64,000 nt of DNA, from assembly GCA_965223795.1 (NCBI GenBank), contig CBDCXL010000002.1:160001-224000 (forward strand), read 5' to 3'. How positions within the stretch are numbered: position 1 is the stretch's first letter; every line of letters begins with the position of its first letter. Below are positions 40,129 to 50,863 of this stretch, one piece after another. Made by a program: the position numbers and the translations under genes. This DNA is from Nitrospinales bacterium (GTDB lineage Bacteria > Nitrospinota > Nitrospinia > Nitrospinales > VA-1). The notes under the pieces were generated by a model, which was not told where the DNA came from, did no database searches, and saw nothing but the letters and a program-made list of their open reading frames with translations.

Positions 40129-40683
40129 TCACGGTTCGTAGGGCGGCATGAGCTCCTGATCCATTCCCAGATGATCGAGGATGCGCGCCACCACGAAATC
40201 CACCAGGTTCTCGACCGTGTTTGTGCCCTGGTAGAATCCCGGAGACGCGGGCAGGATCAGGGCTCCCGCCTGATCCAGGGCGAGCAGGTTTTTCAGGTGA
40301 ATGGTGCTGAACGGGGTCTCTCTGGGAACGGCGATCAGTTTTCTTTTTTCTTTCAGAATCACGTCGGCGGCGCGTTCGATCAACGATTCGGAAATTCCCG
40401 CGGCGATGCGGCCGAGCGTCCCCATGCTGGCCGGAACGATCACCATGCCGTCGGTGGCGTACGATCCGCTGGCGATCGAAGTGTTGATGCGGGAATTTTT
40501 ATGCACTGTGACATTTTCTTTTTCAAAGTAGGAAGCCTTGAGCCCCAGTTCGAGATGCAGCAGTTCCTGGCCGCGGTCGGAGAGGATCACGTGGATCTCC
40601 GCTTTCGACTGCAGGCAGTCGAACAGGCGCCGGGCGTAACAGGCGCCGCTCGCTCCGGTGATGGCCAGGATGAACCGTTTCAT
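40129..40683 (-). CDS. ubiX: Flavin prenyltransferase
   Basis: AITGASG, IASGS, PASMGTL, RAADV.LKE, PRETP, PASPGFY. Confidence 0.92.
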   Translation of the reverse strand: MKRFILAITGASGACYARRLFDCLQSKAEIHVILSDRGQELLHLELGLKASYFEKENVTVHKNSRINTSIASGSYATDGMVIVPASMGTLGRIAAGISESLIERAADVILKEKRKLIAVPRETPFSTIHLKNLLALDQAGALILPASPGFYQGTNTVENLVDFVVARILDHLGMDQELMPPYEP

Positions 40684-41300
40684 CGTTCGCTCAATATCGG
40701 GATCAATTGCTGCATTTCGCGCACCAGGTTCGCGTGCACCGTTTCGATCGGCGGTTCGCTGTCGATCCTGCGGATTGCGGGGTCGGAGAAGCCGTCGAAA
40801 ATACGCTGAACCTCTATCAGGTAGTCGCGCTTTTCAAACGCGGAACGGGAGCCGCGGGAATCCTCGATCCGCTTCAGGCATTGTTCCGCAGACGCGGTGA
40901 ACAGGAACACCCGGTCCGGCCTGGGGGCGAATGCTTCGTTTTCCGCCAGAATCTTTTGCGGATCCAGCCCCAGCGCGCCCTGGTAGGCGGCGGTGGAAAA
41001 ATAGTACCGGTCGAGCAGCACGATGCGGTTGTCCGCAAGCGCCGGCCGGATGTTGTTTTCGACGTCTTCTTTCCGGTCCTCGATGAACCAGGCCAGCTCC
41101 TCTTCGGGAGCGGTGCTTCCCCTGCCCTTTTCCAGCAGATTGCGGATCTTCATGCCCCAGGGGCCGCGCGTCGGTTCGTACAGGCGCACCACAGGAACGC
41201 CGCACTGATTGAGATAGGCTTCCAGCAGGCCGCACTGGGTGCTTTTCCCGGTTCCGTCGATCCCTTCAAAAACAATCAAATAACCCCGGTCGAGCTGCAA
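40680..41300 (-). CDS. tmk: Thymidylate kinase
   Basis: FEGIDGTGKST, EP, DRYYFSTAAYQG. Start (TTG) uncertain. Confidence 0.9.
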   Translation of the reverse strand: MQLDRGYLIVFEGIDGTGKSTQCGLLEAYLNQCGVPVVRLYEPTRGPWGMKIRNLLEKGRGSTAPEEELAWFIEDRKEDVENNIRPALADNRIVLLDRYYFSTAAYQGALGLDPQKILAENEAFAPRPDRVFLFTASAEQCLKRIEDSRGSRSAFEKRDYLIEVQRIFDGFSDPAIRRIDSEPPIETVHANLVREMQQLIPILSER

Positions 41301-41452
41301 TGAGTCTGCCTGCCTGTTGAATTGATGGATTCCGGCACACAGTGTATTCGATATTCGCCGGCGAAACAACTCGATTTAAAAAGGGCAAACACTTGTTTTT
41401 CAGGGCATTAACCCTGTTTCAACAGCAGCGGACACCGCCTGCGGCGCGGGGC

Positions 41453-41486
41453 AAAAAAAAACCGCCTGCCCCGGAGGGCAGGCGGC
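41453..41486 (-). terminator. Intrinsic terminator of the chemoreceptor gene
   Basis: Minus strand CCGCCTGCCC-tccg-GGGCAGGCGG followed by a T-run. Confidence 0.75.
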
Positions 41487-41534
41487 GGTTGAAGGGAAAC
41501 CCTTCGAGCTAAGTTCTGGTTGCCATCGAACCTA

Positions 41535-43985
41535 TCAGTATTGAAACTTTCCGACCAGTTTCTGCAGGTCGGAAGCCATGCGCGACAACTCGTTCGCCGC
41601 TTCCTGGGTTTGCCCGACACCGCTGGAGGTGTCCTGGGCGGCCTGGGCGACGCCGGAGATGTTCTGCGAAATCTCCGCGCTGCCTTTGGCGGTTTCCCCG
41701 ACATTGCGGCCGATCTCCGCCGTGGTGGCAGTCTGCTCTTCCACCGCGCTGGCGATCGTGTTGGAGATGTCGTTGATCTGGTTGATGATCATGGTGATCT
41801 CACCGATCGCGTCGACCGAGCTTTTGGTGTCCTCCTGAATCGCCTCGATCTTCTGGCTGATGTCTTCGGTGGCCTTGGCCGTCTGGTTGGCCAGCTCTTT
41901 CACTTCGTTGGCGACCACCGCGAAGCCTTTGCCGGCCTCCCCGGCGCGCGCCGCCTCGATGGTGGCGTTCAGAGCCAGGAGGTTGGTCTGCTCCGCGATG
42001 GAGGTGATGACTTTGATCACCTGGCCGATCTCGGCGCTGCTGTCTCCCAGCTTGGACACCGTGGCGTTGGTCTTCTCCGCCATTTCCACGGCGGACCGTG
42101 CGACCTTGGCCGCCTGCGTGGAGTTCTGCGCGATCTCCTTGATGCTGGCGCTCATCTCCTCGGCGCCGGTGGCGGCGGTCTGCACGTTGCGGCTGATCTC
42201 CTCGGAAGCCGCGGAGACGACGTTGGCCTGGGCGGAGGTCTCTTCGGCGTTGCCCGCCATCGTCTGGCTGACGGAAGTCAGCTCCTCGGCGGAACTGCTG
42301 AGAGTCTGAGCGGTGCCGGCGATATCGGAAACGCTCTTCCTGAGGTCGCGGAAGAATTTCGCCAGCCCTTCGCCCATCTTGCCGATGGCGTCGCTGCCAT
42401 GGACGGTGATGTCCTGCGTGAGATCGCCTTTCGCGGCGGCATCGACGACACCGAGCATGCTGTCGACTTTCTCCTGCAGCTCGCGCGCCTGGCGCTGATC
42501 GCGCTCGGCCATCTCGCGCGTCTTGCGTTCGTTCTCCACTTTTTCGGTGACGACTTCCCAGGTCACCATCGGCCCCAGGTAATTCTTGTCCTTATCGTAG
42601 AGACCGGTCACGATCATCTCGATTGTATCCGCACCCAACTGAAACTGCTCCTGGTGCGGAAAACTTTCCGGCTTGGACAAGATGCTGCGGAAATGGGCCG
42701 GATCGCTGTGGAAATTCTCCATCGGCTCACCGACAACGTTTTTCGCGGACACGGACAGATGCTGCTGCAATTTTTGCATCACTTTTTCACCGGACGGATT
42801 CACGTAGCTGACCTTGAGTTCCGTGTCGGCATACATCATCACGCCGGGATTGTTTTCCACCATGCCAGCGATCCGCGCCATTTGCGTTTCCGCCTCGACT
42901 TTTTGTGTCACGATCTCCCAGGCAGCCATCGGCCCCAGATAGTTTTTATTTTGATCGTAAACTGCCGCCACGTTCAGATCAACGATTTCGGGGCCAACTT
43001 CAATCTGTGTCGAAATCGGCAGGTTTTTCGGATCGGACAGTACCCGGCGTTGATGACTGGGGTCTTTATGGAAAATATCGAAGGACTGCCCAACCACATT
43101 GTTCGCCGCGGCTGGAAGGTATTTTTCCAGTTTTTTAAAGTTTTTTATCGATTCCGCATTGACGTATCGAATCTTGAAATCAAGATCCGCGTACATTGCG
43201 CCACGGGGCATGTTCTCCATCATGGACACGATTTTCGCGGTTTCGACCTCGGAACGTTTCACCGACCGGATGACGAACCAGATGCCCACAACAAGAGCCA
43301 CCACCAGCACCACCGCAAATCCGGTGATCCAGATGACATTGGTGAGCATGGAACCGTTGGCGGCAAGCTGCACGTCGATCGGGGCGATCACCTCCAGGAC
43401 GCCGCGCACGTCGTTGAGCTTCCAGTCGTTCTTCGGCGTGTCGGCACGGCTGTTGTGACAGTTGACGCAGGCCTCGGCCACCATCCGGTCGGCCATGGCC
43501 ACGCGCACCATTTCCTGATTGCCTACTTTTTCCTTGCGGATGAACGTCTCATTGGGATTTTTTTCGAAAAAGGCCAGGGCGTCCTGAGCGTACTGGTCCA
43601 GAACGCGGTCGCTGCGGTTGGGAAACGGATACGGGCTGTACAGCCGCAATTTGACCGCGTCGTCTCCTTTTTTGCTGAGCAGTTCGCTCATGTCGTGGAT
43701 CACGGTCGCGGGCAGGGGAATGGCGTTGCCCATGGTTTTGTGATCGTAGGAGATTTTCAAATCGGTGTTGGCCTTGACTTTCTTGACCACGCTCTTCACA
43801 TAGTAAGCGCGCAGGGTCTTGTACTGATCGATGATCGACAGCGCGTTGAGCTTGCTGGACTCGATGGTGTTGTGCAGACTCGTCTTGGATATGTAGACGA
43901 TCAGGCCGGCGATACACAGAACCAGGATCGCGACCACGGAAAACATGACCTTTTCCATGTGTCTTTTAAATAAATCTTCGTTCAT
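41535..43985 (-). CDS. Methyl-accepting chemotaxis protein with periplasmic heme-c (DUF3365/Tll0287-like) sensor and two PAS domains
   Basis: TM - LYSPYPF...ACVNCH...W..DVRG - TM - two PAS-like repeats (VG..FD.FH.DP.H) - MCP tip [30 protein letters not shown]. Start could be 43997 or 43958. Confidence 0.9.
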   Translation of the reverse strand: MNEDLFKRHMEKVMFSVVAILVLCIAGLIVYISKTSLHNTIESSKLNALSIIDQYKTLRAYYVKSVVKKVKANTDLKISYDHKTMGNAIPLPATVIHDMSELLSKKGDDAVKLRLYSPYPFPNRSDRVLDQYAQDALAFFEKNPNETFIRKEKVGNQEMVRVAMADRMVAEACVNCHNSRADTPKNDWKLNDVRGVLEVIAPIDVQLAANGSMLTNVIWITGFAVVLVVALVVGIWFVIRSVKRSEVETAKIVSMMENMPRGAMYADLDFKIRYVNAESIKNFKKLEKYLPAAANNVVGQSFDIFHKDPSHQRRVLSDPKNLPISTQIEVGPEIVDLNVAAVYDQNKNYLGPMAAWEIVTQKVEAETQMARIAGMVENNPGVMMYADTELKVSYVNPSGEKVMQKLQQHLSVSAKNVVGEPMENFHSDPAHFRSILSKPESFPHQEQFQLGADTIEMIVTGLYDKDKNYLGPMVTWEVVTEKVENERKTREMAERDQRQARELQEKVDSMLGVVDAAAKGDLTQDITVHGSDAIGKMGEGLAKFFRDLRKSVSDIAGTAQTLSSSAEELTSVSQTMAGNAEETSAQANVVSAASEEISRNVQTAATGAEEMSASIKEIAQNSTQAAKVARSAVEMAEKTNATVSKLGDSSAEIGQVIKVITSIAEQTNLLALNATIEAARAGEAGKGFAVVANEVKELANQTAKATEDISQKIEAIQEDTKSSVDAIGEITMIINQINDISNTIASAVEEQTATTAEIGRNVGETAKGSAEISQNISGVAQAAQDTSSGVGQTQEAANELSRMASDLQKLVGKFQY

Positions 43986-44448
43986 CGCTCCCCCCAATAG
44001 GATTGGTTTTTTGGATTTGGATTCTTGCGGTTGCGTATTGTGGAATTCACTTTTTTATTTTTTTCGGAAGATCGGGTAGCTGATTCCGGGATGGTCGATT
44101 TCCGAAGGATTCTTGCGGCTGGGGGCCTTTGGCGATCCGCTGTCTGACAGCCGGGACCGCTCATTACTTCTATTATTATAGATAATAAATGTAAATCTAG
44201 AAAGATAAATGTTTGTTTTATATGCAAATTATGCGAACAATGTTACATTTTCCTGATTCGATGGCGGAGATTTGACAAATCCTCAGGAGATTCGGCCTCG
44301 GTTGCATCGGCGATCGAATTGTTGAATAATTGTCTTTTTGCGGCAGGCTCGCCGCATTTCGAACCGGGTCCCGGGGGAGTGAATCGCAATTCGGGCCCCG
44401 GAATCTGCGCCTGCCGCAAGCGGCGGGCCGTAACCGGAAGAGAGTAGC

Positions 44449-44982
44449 ATGAAGCGTTTTTTCAAAAACTTCGGCTGGGTTTGCCTGGGGATTTTTCTGC
44501 AATTCAAATTCAATATTCTCTACGGGATCGTGTTTCTCGAAAATCTCAATTTTCACGACCGGACCTATTTTGTCAAAATGAAACTGGATGAGAAGGATTC
44601 GCCGGTCCGCGTGCTCAATGTGGGCACCACGGTGCACCACTCTCTGGGGTCCGATTACTTTGCGAACGTCTATATTCCAGACAGTTATGAGGTGCTCAAC
44701 CAGGAGCCGTACCAGGGCACTGAGGCGCTTCCCGGCTACCTGGCTTACAAAATGCCGATGAAGCGCAAGTACCGCGATGTGCTGGCCAGCGCCGATTTCA
44801 TCCTCACGAAGGCGAAAGACGACGAGGAGGTCCCCCCCTCCCCCATCGTGGTTCACTTTGAAAACATGAAGCAACGCCTGCACACGGACAAAAGCTACAT
44901 GCTGTCAATAGAGGACAGCCAGCTCAAGCTGGAGGGTCCGGAAGTCGGGCAAAAAACCTACCCGCAAAAATGGGGGATGTGA
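44449..44982 (+). CDS. Hypothetical protein with hydrophobic N-terminus
   Basis: Clean ORF with host-like codon usage; no recognised motif. Confidence 0.6.
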   Translation: MKRFFKNFGWVCLGIFLQFKFNILYGIVFLENLNFHDRTYFVKMKLDEKDSPVRVLNVGTTVHHSLGSDYFANVYIPDSYEVLNQEPYQGTEALPGYLAYKMPMKRKYRDVLASADFILTKAKDDEEVPPSPIVVHFENMKQRLHTDKSYMLSIEDSQLKLEGPEVGQKTYPQKWGM

Positions 44983-45010
44983 GGCGGGAAAATGCGATAC
45001 GATAGTGAGT

Positions 45011-45865
45011 ATGGGAACGCGCACGCAAGAGTTTAAGGACTATTACGGCATCCTCCGGATTCCGGTGAACGCCCAGGATGCGGAGATCAAAAAAGCCTAC
45101 CGCAAACTGGCGCTGGAAAACCATCCCGATCACCACCCCGACGATCCGGAAAGCGAAAACCGCTTCAAGGAAATCACCGAAGCGTACGGCGTGCTGATCG
45201 ATCCGGACAAGCGCCGCCAATATGACCGGTTCCGGGTAGCGTACCGGTCCGGCCGGGCGACGGGATCGGACGGATTCGACTATTCACAGCAGGACATTTT
45301 CGAAGAGCTTTTCCGCAAGGGATTTTCGCGTGAGATGTTCGAGGAGTTGAACCGCGAATTCAGCCGCTCGGGCGTGCGCTCGGGCAAACCGTTTTTCGCC
45401 GCCATTCTGTTCGGCGGCGCGCTGGGCGGACTCGGCAGAATCCTCGGCATGATTCCGGGACCGATCGGTAAAATCGGCTACGGTCTGAAAGTCGCGCAGA
45501 TGGTGGGTTCTTCGATCCTGGCCTTCCAGCAGATGCGCAAGGATCAGAACCCGGACGGCAACGCGGAAGAAAATAACGGACAGACCGCGTCGCAGATGCA
45601 GGACGTGTTCGCCAAGGCCGTGGGCGCGGGCAACCCGCTGGATCTCAACTTTTCCATCACGCTGTCCGCAGCGGAAGCGCTGGCGGGATCGCGTAAGAAA
45701 ATTTCCTACAAGGCCGGCGCCGAAAATGAGCAGCTCGTGGTCCGCATCCCGCCCCAGTTTCCGGACGGCGGAAAACTGAGAATCCGCGAGAAGGGTTACA
45801 AACGGCAGGACAAACGCGGAGACCTCATCCTGACGGTGAACATCGAGTCTTTGGCGAAAAACTGA
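45011..45865 (+). CDS. J-domain protein (CbpA-like, no Zn finger)
   Basis: KDYY.IL...IKKAYRKLA...HPD, F..ITEAY..L.D, C-terminal G.RGDL. Confidence 0.85.
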   Translation: MGTRTQEFKDYYGILRIPVNAQDAEIKKAYRKLALENHPDHHPDDPESENRFKEITEAYGVLIDPDKRRQYDRFRVAYRSGRATGSDGFDYSQQDIFEELFRKGFSREMFEELNREFSRSGVRSGKPFFAAILFGGALGGLGRILGMIPGPIGKIGYGLKVAQMVGSSILAFQQMRKDQNPDGNAEENNGQTASQMQDVFAKAVGAGNPLDLNFSITLSAAEALAGSRKKISYKAGAENEQLVVRIPPQFPDGGKLRIREKGYKRQDKRGDLILTVNIESLAKN

Positions 45866-45942
45866 ATCCGGCCGCGCACCGCAAGCGCCGCCGCACTCCA
45901 ATTCCCGGCACCCGCAACCATTTTCTCTCAGGAGTCTGCATC

Positions 45943-46548
45943 ATGAACGTTTCGACTTTCACAAGGTACGGCGTGTTCCTGCTTTTGCTTATCACCGCTA
46001 TGGCCGGACCCGCGGGCGGCGAAGAGATGGACGCCAAGACCCAGGAGATGATGGCCAAGTGGCAAGCCTACGCCTCGCCCAGCGCCAAGCATAAAATTCT
46101 CGACGCTCTGGTCGGGCAATGGAATCATTCCGGGAAATGGTGGATGGATCCGAACGGCCCGCCGGAAACCTTCGCGGGAACCAGCGAGATCAAGTGGATC
46201 CTGGGCGGACGATTTCTCCAGCACACCGCGCAGGGCCCCGGCGAAAAGGGGCACCCTCCCTTTGAAGGCATGGGGTACACGGGTTTTGACAACAGCAGCG
46301 AAAAGTACCAGACGATGTGGATCGACAACATGGGCACGGGCATGATGCGCGGAGAAGGAACCTACGACGCCGCTAAAAAAGAATTGAACGAGCGCGGGAC
46401 GTTCAGCAATCACGTCGTCGCATCGAGCGATTACCGCGGCGTGTTCCGCTTCATCGACGACGATCATTACAAGTATGAATTCTATTCCAGCGGACCGGAC
46501 GGCAAGGAATTTCTCTCAATGTCGATCGACTACAAGCGAAAAAAATGA
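45943..46548 (+). CDS. Exported DUF1579-like protein
   Basis: Signal peptide; H..L..LVG.W, LGGRFL, FEGMGY.GFDN, WIDNMGTG. Confidence 0.7.
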   Translation: MNVSTFTRYGVFLLLLITAMAGPAGGEEMDAKTQEMMAKWQAYASPSAKHKILDALVGQWNHSGKWWMDPNGPPETFAGTSEIKWILGGRFLQHTAQGPGEKGHPPFEGMGYTGFDNSSEKYQTMWIDNMGTGMMRGEGTYDAAKKELNERGTFSNHVVASSDYRGVFRFIDDDHYKYEFYSSGPDGKEFLSMSIDYKRKK

Positions 46549-46680
46549 ACGGCCCGCCCTCGCCTGCCGGTTTCCGGAAGATGAGGCCCTTCACTCACCT
46601 GCACTGAGACTCAACGCGGGAAACCCGCCCGGCTCCGCCGCGGCGCGGTTTCCCGCTTTTGCTTTGCGCGCATTTCGACC

Positions 46681-47379
46681 ATGACCGATAAGCAGAAGAT
46701 CCTCACTCACTGGCGGAATTTTTTCACCGATCTTTTCGTCGGAACGTTCCTGCGGGTGTTTCTGTATGGATTGGGCGGGACCGCCCTGGGTTTCGCGACG
46801 CTCTGGGGGTTTCACTGGGGCGTGCTGGGCACGCTGGAATGGAAAGCGTGGGTGGAAACCACGGTTCTGGTTCTGGGGTTTTTGTGGTTTCCGCTCTGGG
46901 GCGTGGCCGGTGGCTTGGTCATCGCGGCGTTTCAGATCCTGTGGAAAAAATTCACCGAGATCGTCGGCGGCATGCACGATCTGCTCGATCTCTTAACCCG
47001 CGAGGTGCTGGCGCAGTTTCCCCGGTTCAGCAAGCAGACGCCCAAAGAAGAGCTGGCGAAAAAGTTCGACAATATCGGCCAGGATTTCCTCACACGGCTC
47101 AAACTCAAGGGGGGTCTCATCCGGTTCGTGTCGCGGATTTTTTTCGGGGCGATCCTCAAGGTGCTGAAGTTTTTTTTCCTCAACGACGTGGTCGATGAAC
47201 TGGCGAAAAACCCCAAAGAGTCAGTCACTTCGAGCGATGTGGAGCATGCGGTGCGGCGGGTGGGGGTGAACCTTTTTCTGGAACCGGTGCACGAAAATAT
47301 TATTTTACTTCAAATCCTTTTTGGGTTATTCATCATCGTACTGCTTGGACTGCCCTTTTCTCTGTTGTGGCTGGTTTGA
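46681..47379 (+). CDS. Hypothetical membrane protein
   Basis: ORF with 3-4 hydrophobic segments. Confidence 0.6.
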   Translation: MTDKQKILTHWRNFFTDLFVGTFLRVFLYGLGGTALGFATLWGFHWGVLGTLEWKAWVETTVLVLGFLWFPLWGVAGGLVIAAFQILWKKFTEIVGGMHDLLDLLTREVLAQFPRFSKQTPKEELAKKFDNIGQDFLTRLKLKGGLIRFVSRIFFGAILKVLKFFFLNDVVDELAKNPKESVTSSDVEHAVRRVGVNLFLEPVHENIILLQILFGLFIIVLLGLPFSLLWLV

Positions 47380-47397
47380 CGAAAAAGCGAGATTATT

Positions 47398-47706
47398 TTG
47401 TTTTCCATCCTTAAAATCAATGCCCGGCTCAAGCGGTCGAAGTTTCTGCCCGCGCTGCTCCTGGTGTGCTTCGGCGTTCTGTCCGGGTTCTCCCCGGTCC
47501 TGCACAACCACGAGCTGGAGCTGGATCACAACCACAACGATTGCGGCGCCTGTCAGTGGAGCCAGTGGAATTCCCTGATCCACGCGGTGGCGTCGCAGGG
47601 CACCCCCTCCCCTATGCTTGAGATTCTGCGGCACGTCCACATTTCCGTGGTTCTGCCCAAGTTTCTTGCCTCCGTATCGAGCCGCAGTCCGCCTGCCGTT
47701 TCCTGA
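47398..47706 (+). CDS. DUF2946/CruR-like metal-sensing leader protein
   Basis: TTG start, hydrophobic segment, His-rich HNHELELDHNHND, CxxC (CGAC), C-terminal RSPP; first gene before a metal importer. Confidence 0.7.
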   Translation: MFSILKINARLKRSKFLPALLLVCFGVLSGFSPVLHNHELELDHNHNDCGACQWSQWNSLIHAVASQGTPSPMLEILRHVHISVVLPKFLASVSSRSPPAVS

Positions 47707-47806
47707 TTCGCACGCAAAACTCAACTTCTTTTTTTACATTCATTGAATGCGGTGGGTGAACTGTCTCTCATTGGAGCCGGTTTCACCGTCACCCGGGAGC
47801 GGAATC

Positions 47807-48997
47807 ATGAAACGGAGTCAATCTCTATTTGTGTTCGTGGCACTGTTGTGCCTTTTTTCTCCCGTATCCGTGCTTGCGGACGAGGATGCGGAATATTTCA
47901 AACCGAAGATTTTAGAACTGGAAGAGCGTGTCAAAGAGCTGGAGGCGGAGAAACGCAAACGCGGCGCGCCCAAAAACAGATTCTCCAAGGGCTCCACGAC
48001 GGCGACGGGGATCTCCCGCGCCTTCAACCCGGCCATCAGCGTCAACGGCCTGTTGCTTGGAACGTATGTCGATGAAGGGCGGGATGATGGAACACGGGAA
48101 GTCAAGACCGGACTGGACATTCAGGAACTCGAACTGGTTCTGGAAGCCAGTGTGGACACGTACTTTCATTCCAAGCTGGTGCTGGCGATGGAGGAAGTGG
48201 ACGCCATCGAAATCGAGGAATTCATCACAGAAGTGCTGCTGCTCAACAACCTTTCCCTGCGAGCGGGGAAATTCTTCGCGCCGTTCGGCAAGCACAACCT
48301 GCTGCACACGCACGCCTTTCCTTTCGTCGACGCGCCGCTGATCAATGAGGAGATCCTGGGAGAGGAAGGCATCAACGAGATCGGCGTGGGGCTGGCCTAC
48401 CTCCTGCCCACCCCCTGGTTCAGCGACATCCAGTTTCAGTTTCTGGAAGGCGAGAACGAAGGGCTGTTCAACGGCCCGTTGAACGACGATTTTCTCTACC
48501 TTGTTCATCTTAAAAATCTTGTGGATCTCACGCCCGATCTCACGGCGGAGCTGGGTGGTTCGTTCGCTTACGGCAGGAACGATCTGGTCAACGGCCCCTA
48601 CAACCATACGGAGCTGGCGGGAGTCGATGTGACGTTCAAATGGAAGCCCGGAGGCCGGGAGAAATACCGTTCTCTCACCTGGATGACGGAGTTCATCAAT
48701 TCCTCACGCGACATCGATAAAAAAGGAATGTATACCCTGCTGCAGTACCAGTTCGCGCGCAAATGGTGGGTGCAGGGCCGCTACGATTTCTTCACCATCC
48801 CGCGCGATCAGGTGGGCGGCGGCGGTGAGGTGGCGCAGGACAAAAACCGTTACAGCGCCCTGCTGGCGCACGTGTTCAGCGAGTTTTCGGTACTGAGATT
48901 GCAGTACAACTACCTGAACCAGTTGGAAGCGGACGAGCACCAGGTGTTCCTGCAGCTCAACTTCACGTTCGGATCGCACCCCCCGCACTCTTACTGA
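47807..48997 (+). CDS. Outer-membrane beta-barrel of the 'zinc-regulated OM receptor' type
   Basis: Signal peptide, coiled coil, FNPAIS, E.EL...A.VD.YF, FG..N..H.H, C-terminal G.H..H.Y. Confidence 0.7.
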   Translation: MKRSQSLFVFVALLCLFSPVSVLADEDAEYFKPKILELEERVKELEAEKRKRGAPKNRFSKGSTTATGISRAFNPAISVNGLLLGTYVDEGRDDGTREVKTGLDIQELELVLEASVDTYFHSKLVLAMEEVDAIEIEEFITEVLLLNNLSLRAGKFFAPFGKHNLLHTHAFPFVDAPLINEEILGEEGINEIGVGLAYLLPTPWFSDIQFQFLEGENEGLFNGPLNDDFLYLVHLKNLVDLTPDLTAELGGSFAYGRNDLVNGPYNHTELAGVDVTFKWKPGGREKYRSLTWMTEFINSSRDIDKKGMYTLLQYQFARKWWVQGRYDFFTIPRDQVGGGGEVAQDKNRYSALLAHVFSEFSVLRLQYNYLNQLEADEHQVFLQLNFTFGSHPPHSY

Positions 48998-49044
48998 GCG
49001 CGGCCGGGTTGAAAACAAATTCACGTTTTTACTGTGAGGTGAAT

Positions 49045-49971
49045 ATGAAAGCATATAAAAGAGTGTTCGTTTACACCGCTGTGCTTGCGCTTCATTTTGT
49101 TGCTGCGGCTTCCGCCTGGGGCGGACTCAATGTTGTCACATCCACTCAGGATCTGGCCGCCATCGCAAAAGAGGTGGGCGGCGATCTCGTCCGTGTGGAC
49201 ACCATCGGCAAAGGCCACCAGGATTATCATTTCATTCAGGCCAAACCCAGCTACATGGTGAAAGTGAACCGGGCGGACCTGTTCGCGTATCAGGGACTGG
49301 AGCTTGAGATCGGCTGGCTGCCGCTGGTTCTGCGCGGCGGCCGCAATCCCGACGTGCTTCCGGGCAAACCGGGCAATCTGGATGTGTCGAGCGCCATCGA
49401 GGCGATCGAGATCCCTGAAGGGGAAGTGGACCGTTCGATGGGCGACATCCATCCTTTCGGCAACCCGCATTATCATTTGAGCCCGGAAAACGGAATGCGC
49501 ATCGCCGACGCTTTTGCCGAGCGTTTGAGTCAGCTGGACCCGGCAAACGCGGAGACCTACCGCACGAACGCGAAAGATTTCCGCCAGCGTGTGCAGGCCA
49601 AAATCCCGGAGTGGAAAAACCGCATGCAGCCGTTTGCGAACAGTAAGGTCGTGGCCTATCATCCGACCTGGAGTTATTTTCTGGAATATTTTGACATCGA
49701 AACGATCAGCTATGTGGAAGACCCGCCGGGTGTGGAACCGGGAAGCCGACATCTGGCGGAACTGGCGAACCGCATGCAGCAGAGCAACACACGCGTGATC
49801 CTGCAGGCCAATTATTTTGAGCGCGGGTTTTCCGACCTGCTTGCCAGCCGGACGCAGGGACGCGTCGTGATCCTGCCGGCTTCGGTGGGCGGGGATGCTT
49901 CGGCAAACGATTACATCGGATTGATCGACCTGATCGTATCGCTTGTGAGTGAAGCGTTGTCCAACTCATGA
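49045..49971 (+). CDS. Zn/Mn/Co ABC substrate-binding protein (cluster A-I)
   Basis: QDYHF, G.ELE.GW, GDIHP.GNPH, YH..W.YF, E.PPG.EP...HL. Confidence 0.85.
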   Translation: MKAYKRVFVYTAVLALHFVAAASAWGGLNVVTSTQDLAAIAKEVGGDLVRVDTIGKGHQDYHFIQAKPSYMVKVNRADLFAYQGLELEIGWLPLVLRGGRNPDVLPGKPGNLDVSSAIEAIEIPEGEVDRSMGDIHPFGNPHYHLSPENGMRIADAFAERLSQLDPANAETYRTNAKDFRQRVQAKIPEWKNRMQPFANSKVVAYHPTWSYFLEYFDIETISYVEDPPGVEPGSRHLAELANRMQQSNTRVILQANYFERGFSDLLASRTQGRVVILPASVGGDASANDYIGLIDLIVSLVSEALSNS

Positions 49972-49996
49972 CCCGGCGAATCGAGGTCGCACGCGC

Positions 49997-50812
49997 ATGA
50001 GCGTTTTTTTCACCTTCATGGCCGCGCCTGCCGTGGCGTGTCTGATTCTCGTGCTGGTGCTGACTTTCTTCGGCTGCCACGTGCTGAAGCGGGAGATCAT
50101 CTTCGTGGATATCTCGCTCGCGCAACTCGCCGCTCTGGGAACGACCGTCGCTTTCATCCTGGAAATCGATCTGGACTCCCCGATTTCATTGTTGCTTTCC
50201 CTGCTCTTCATCCTCATGGGTGGCGTCTTCTTCGCATTCACCCGGACCCTGTCTCCCCGGGTGCCGCAGGAAGCGGTCATCGGAATCATCTATGTGGTCG
50301 GGGCGTCCTTCGGTCTCCTGCTGGTGGCCAACGCGCCGCACGGGGCAGAGCATCTCAAGGCGCTGCTCAACGGGTCCATCCTCTGGATCACCTGGCCGGG
50401 AACGGCGAAGCTGGCCCTTGCCTGTGCCCTGGTTTTTATTCCCGTATGGCGGAACCGTGTGCGATTGGAACAGCAGTCGGAACACTACCGCGGTGCTCCC
50501 GACCGCTTCGATTTCAAATTGGACTTTCTGTTCTACACGGCGCTCGGTCTGGTGATCGTGTTTTCGGTTCGCACGGCGGGGATCTTTCTGATCTTTTCTT
50601 TTCTCATCCTGCCGGCGGTGTGCGGGGCGCTGTTTTTTTCTTCTCTGACACAACAGTTTCTGGCGGGATCGGTTGTGGGCGTGCTCACTAGCTGGCTGGG
50701 GCTGATTCTTTCCTTCTATCTGGATCTTCCCACCGGGGCGACGCTGGTGTGCCTGCTGGGCGCGGCGTTTTTCCTGGCGATCCCGCTGAGCCGTCTGCTG
50801 GTAAAAACTTGA
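49997..50812 (+). CDS. Metal ABC permease (ZnuB/MntB-like)
   Basis: HVLKR.IIF.DI.LAQ.AALG, EA.IG, DLPTG; multiple TM segments. Confidence 0.85.
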   Translation: MSVFFTFMAAPAVACLILVLVLTFFGCHVLKREIIFVDISLAQLAALGTTVAFILEIDLDSPISLLLSLLFILMGGVFFAFTRTLSPRVPQEAVIGIIYVVGASFGLLLVANAPHGAEHLKALLNGSILWITWPGTAKLALACALVFIPVWRNRVRLEQQSEHYRGAPDRFDFKLDFLFYTALGLVIVFSVRTAGIFLIFSFLILPAVCGALFFSSLTQQFLAGSVVGVLTSWLGLILSFYLDLPTGATLVCLLGAAFFLAIPLSRLLVKT

Positions 50813-50863
50813 TGCGGATTCCAATGATTGAGCCGCATCCACAATCAAGTCACTGGAGATGCC

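Noticed and set aside
41520..43973. 817-aa plus-strand ORF, and similar long shadow ORFs such as 22708..24798, 5067..6305 and 35889..37214
   Set aside because: Antisense or alternate-frame shadows of well-supported genes in GC-rich DNA; no recognisable motifs.
44060..44165. Possible c-di-GMP riboswitch upstream of the chemoreceptor
   Set aside because: Hairpins are present (GCGATCC-GCTGTC/GACAGC-GGACCGC), but the GGCAAAC...GACGCAAA GEMM core is not recognisable.
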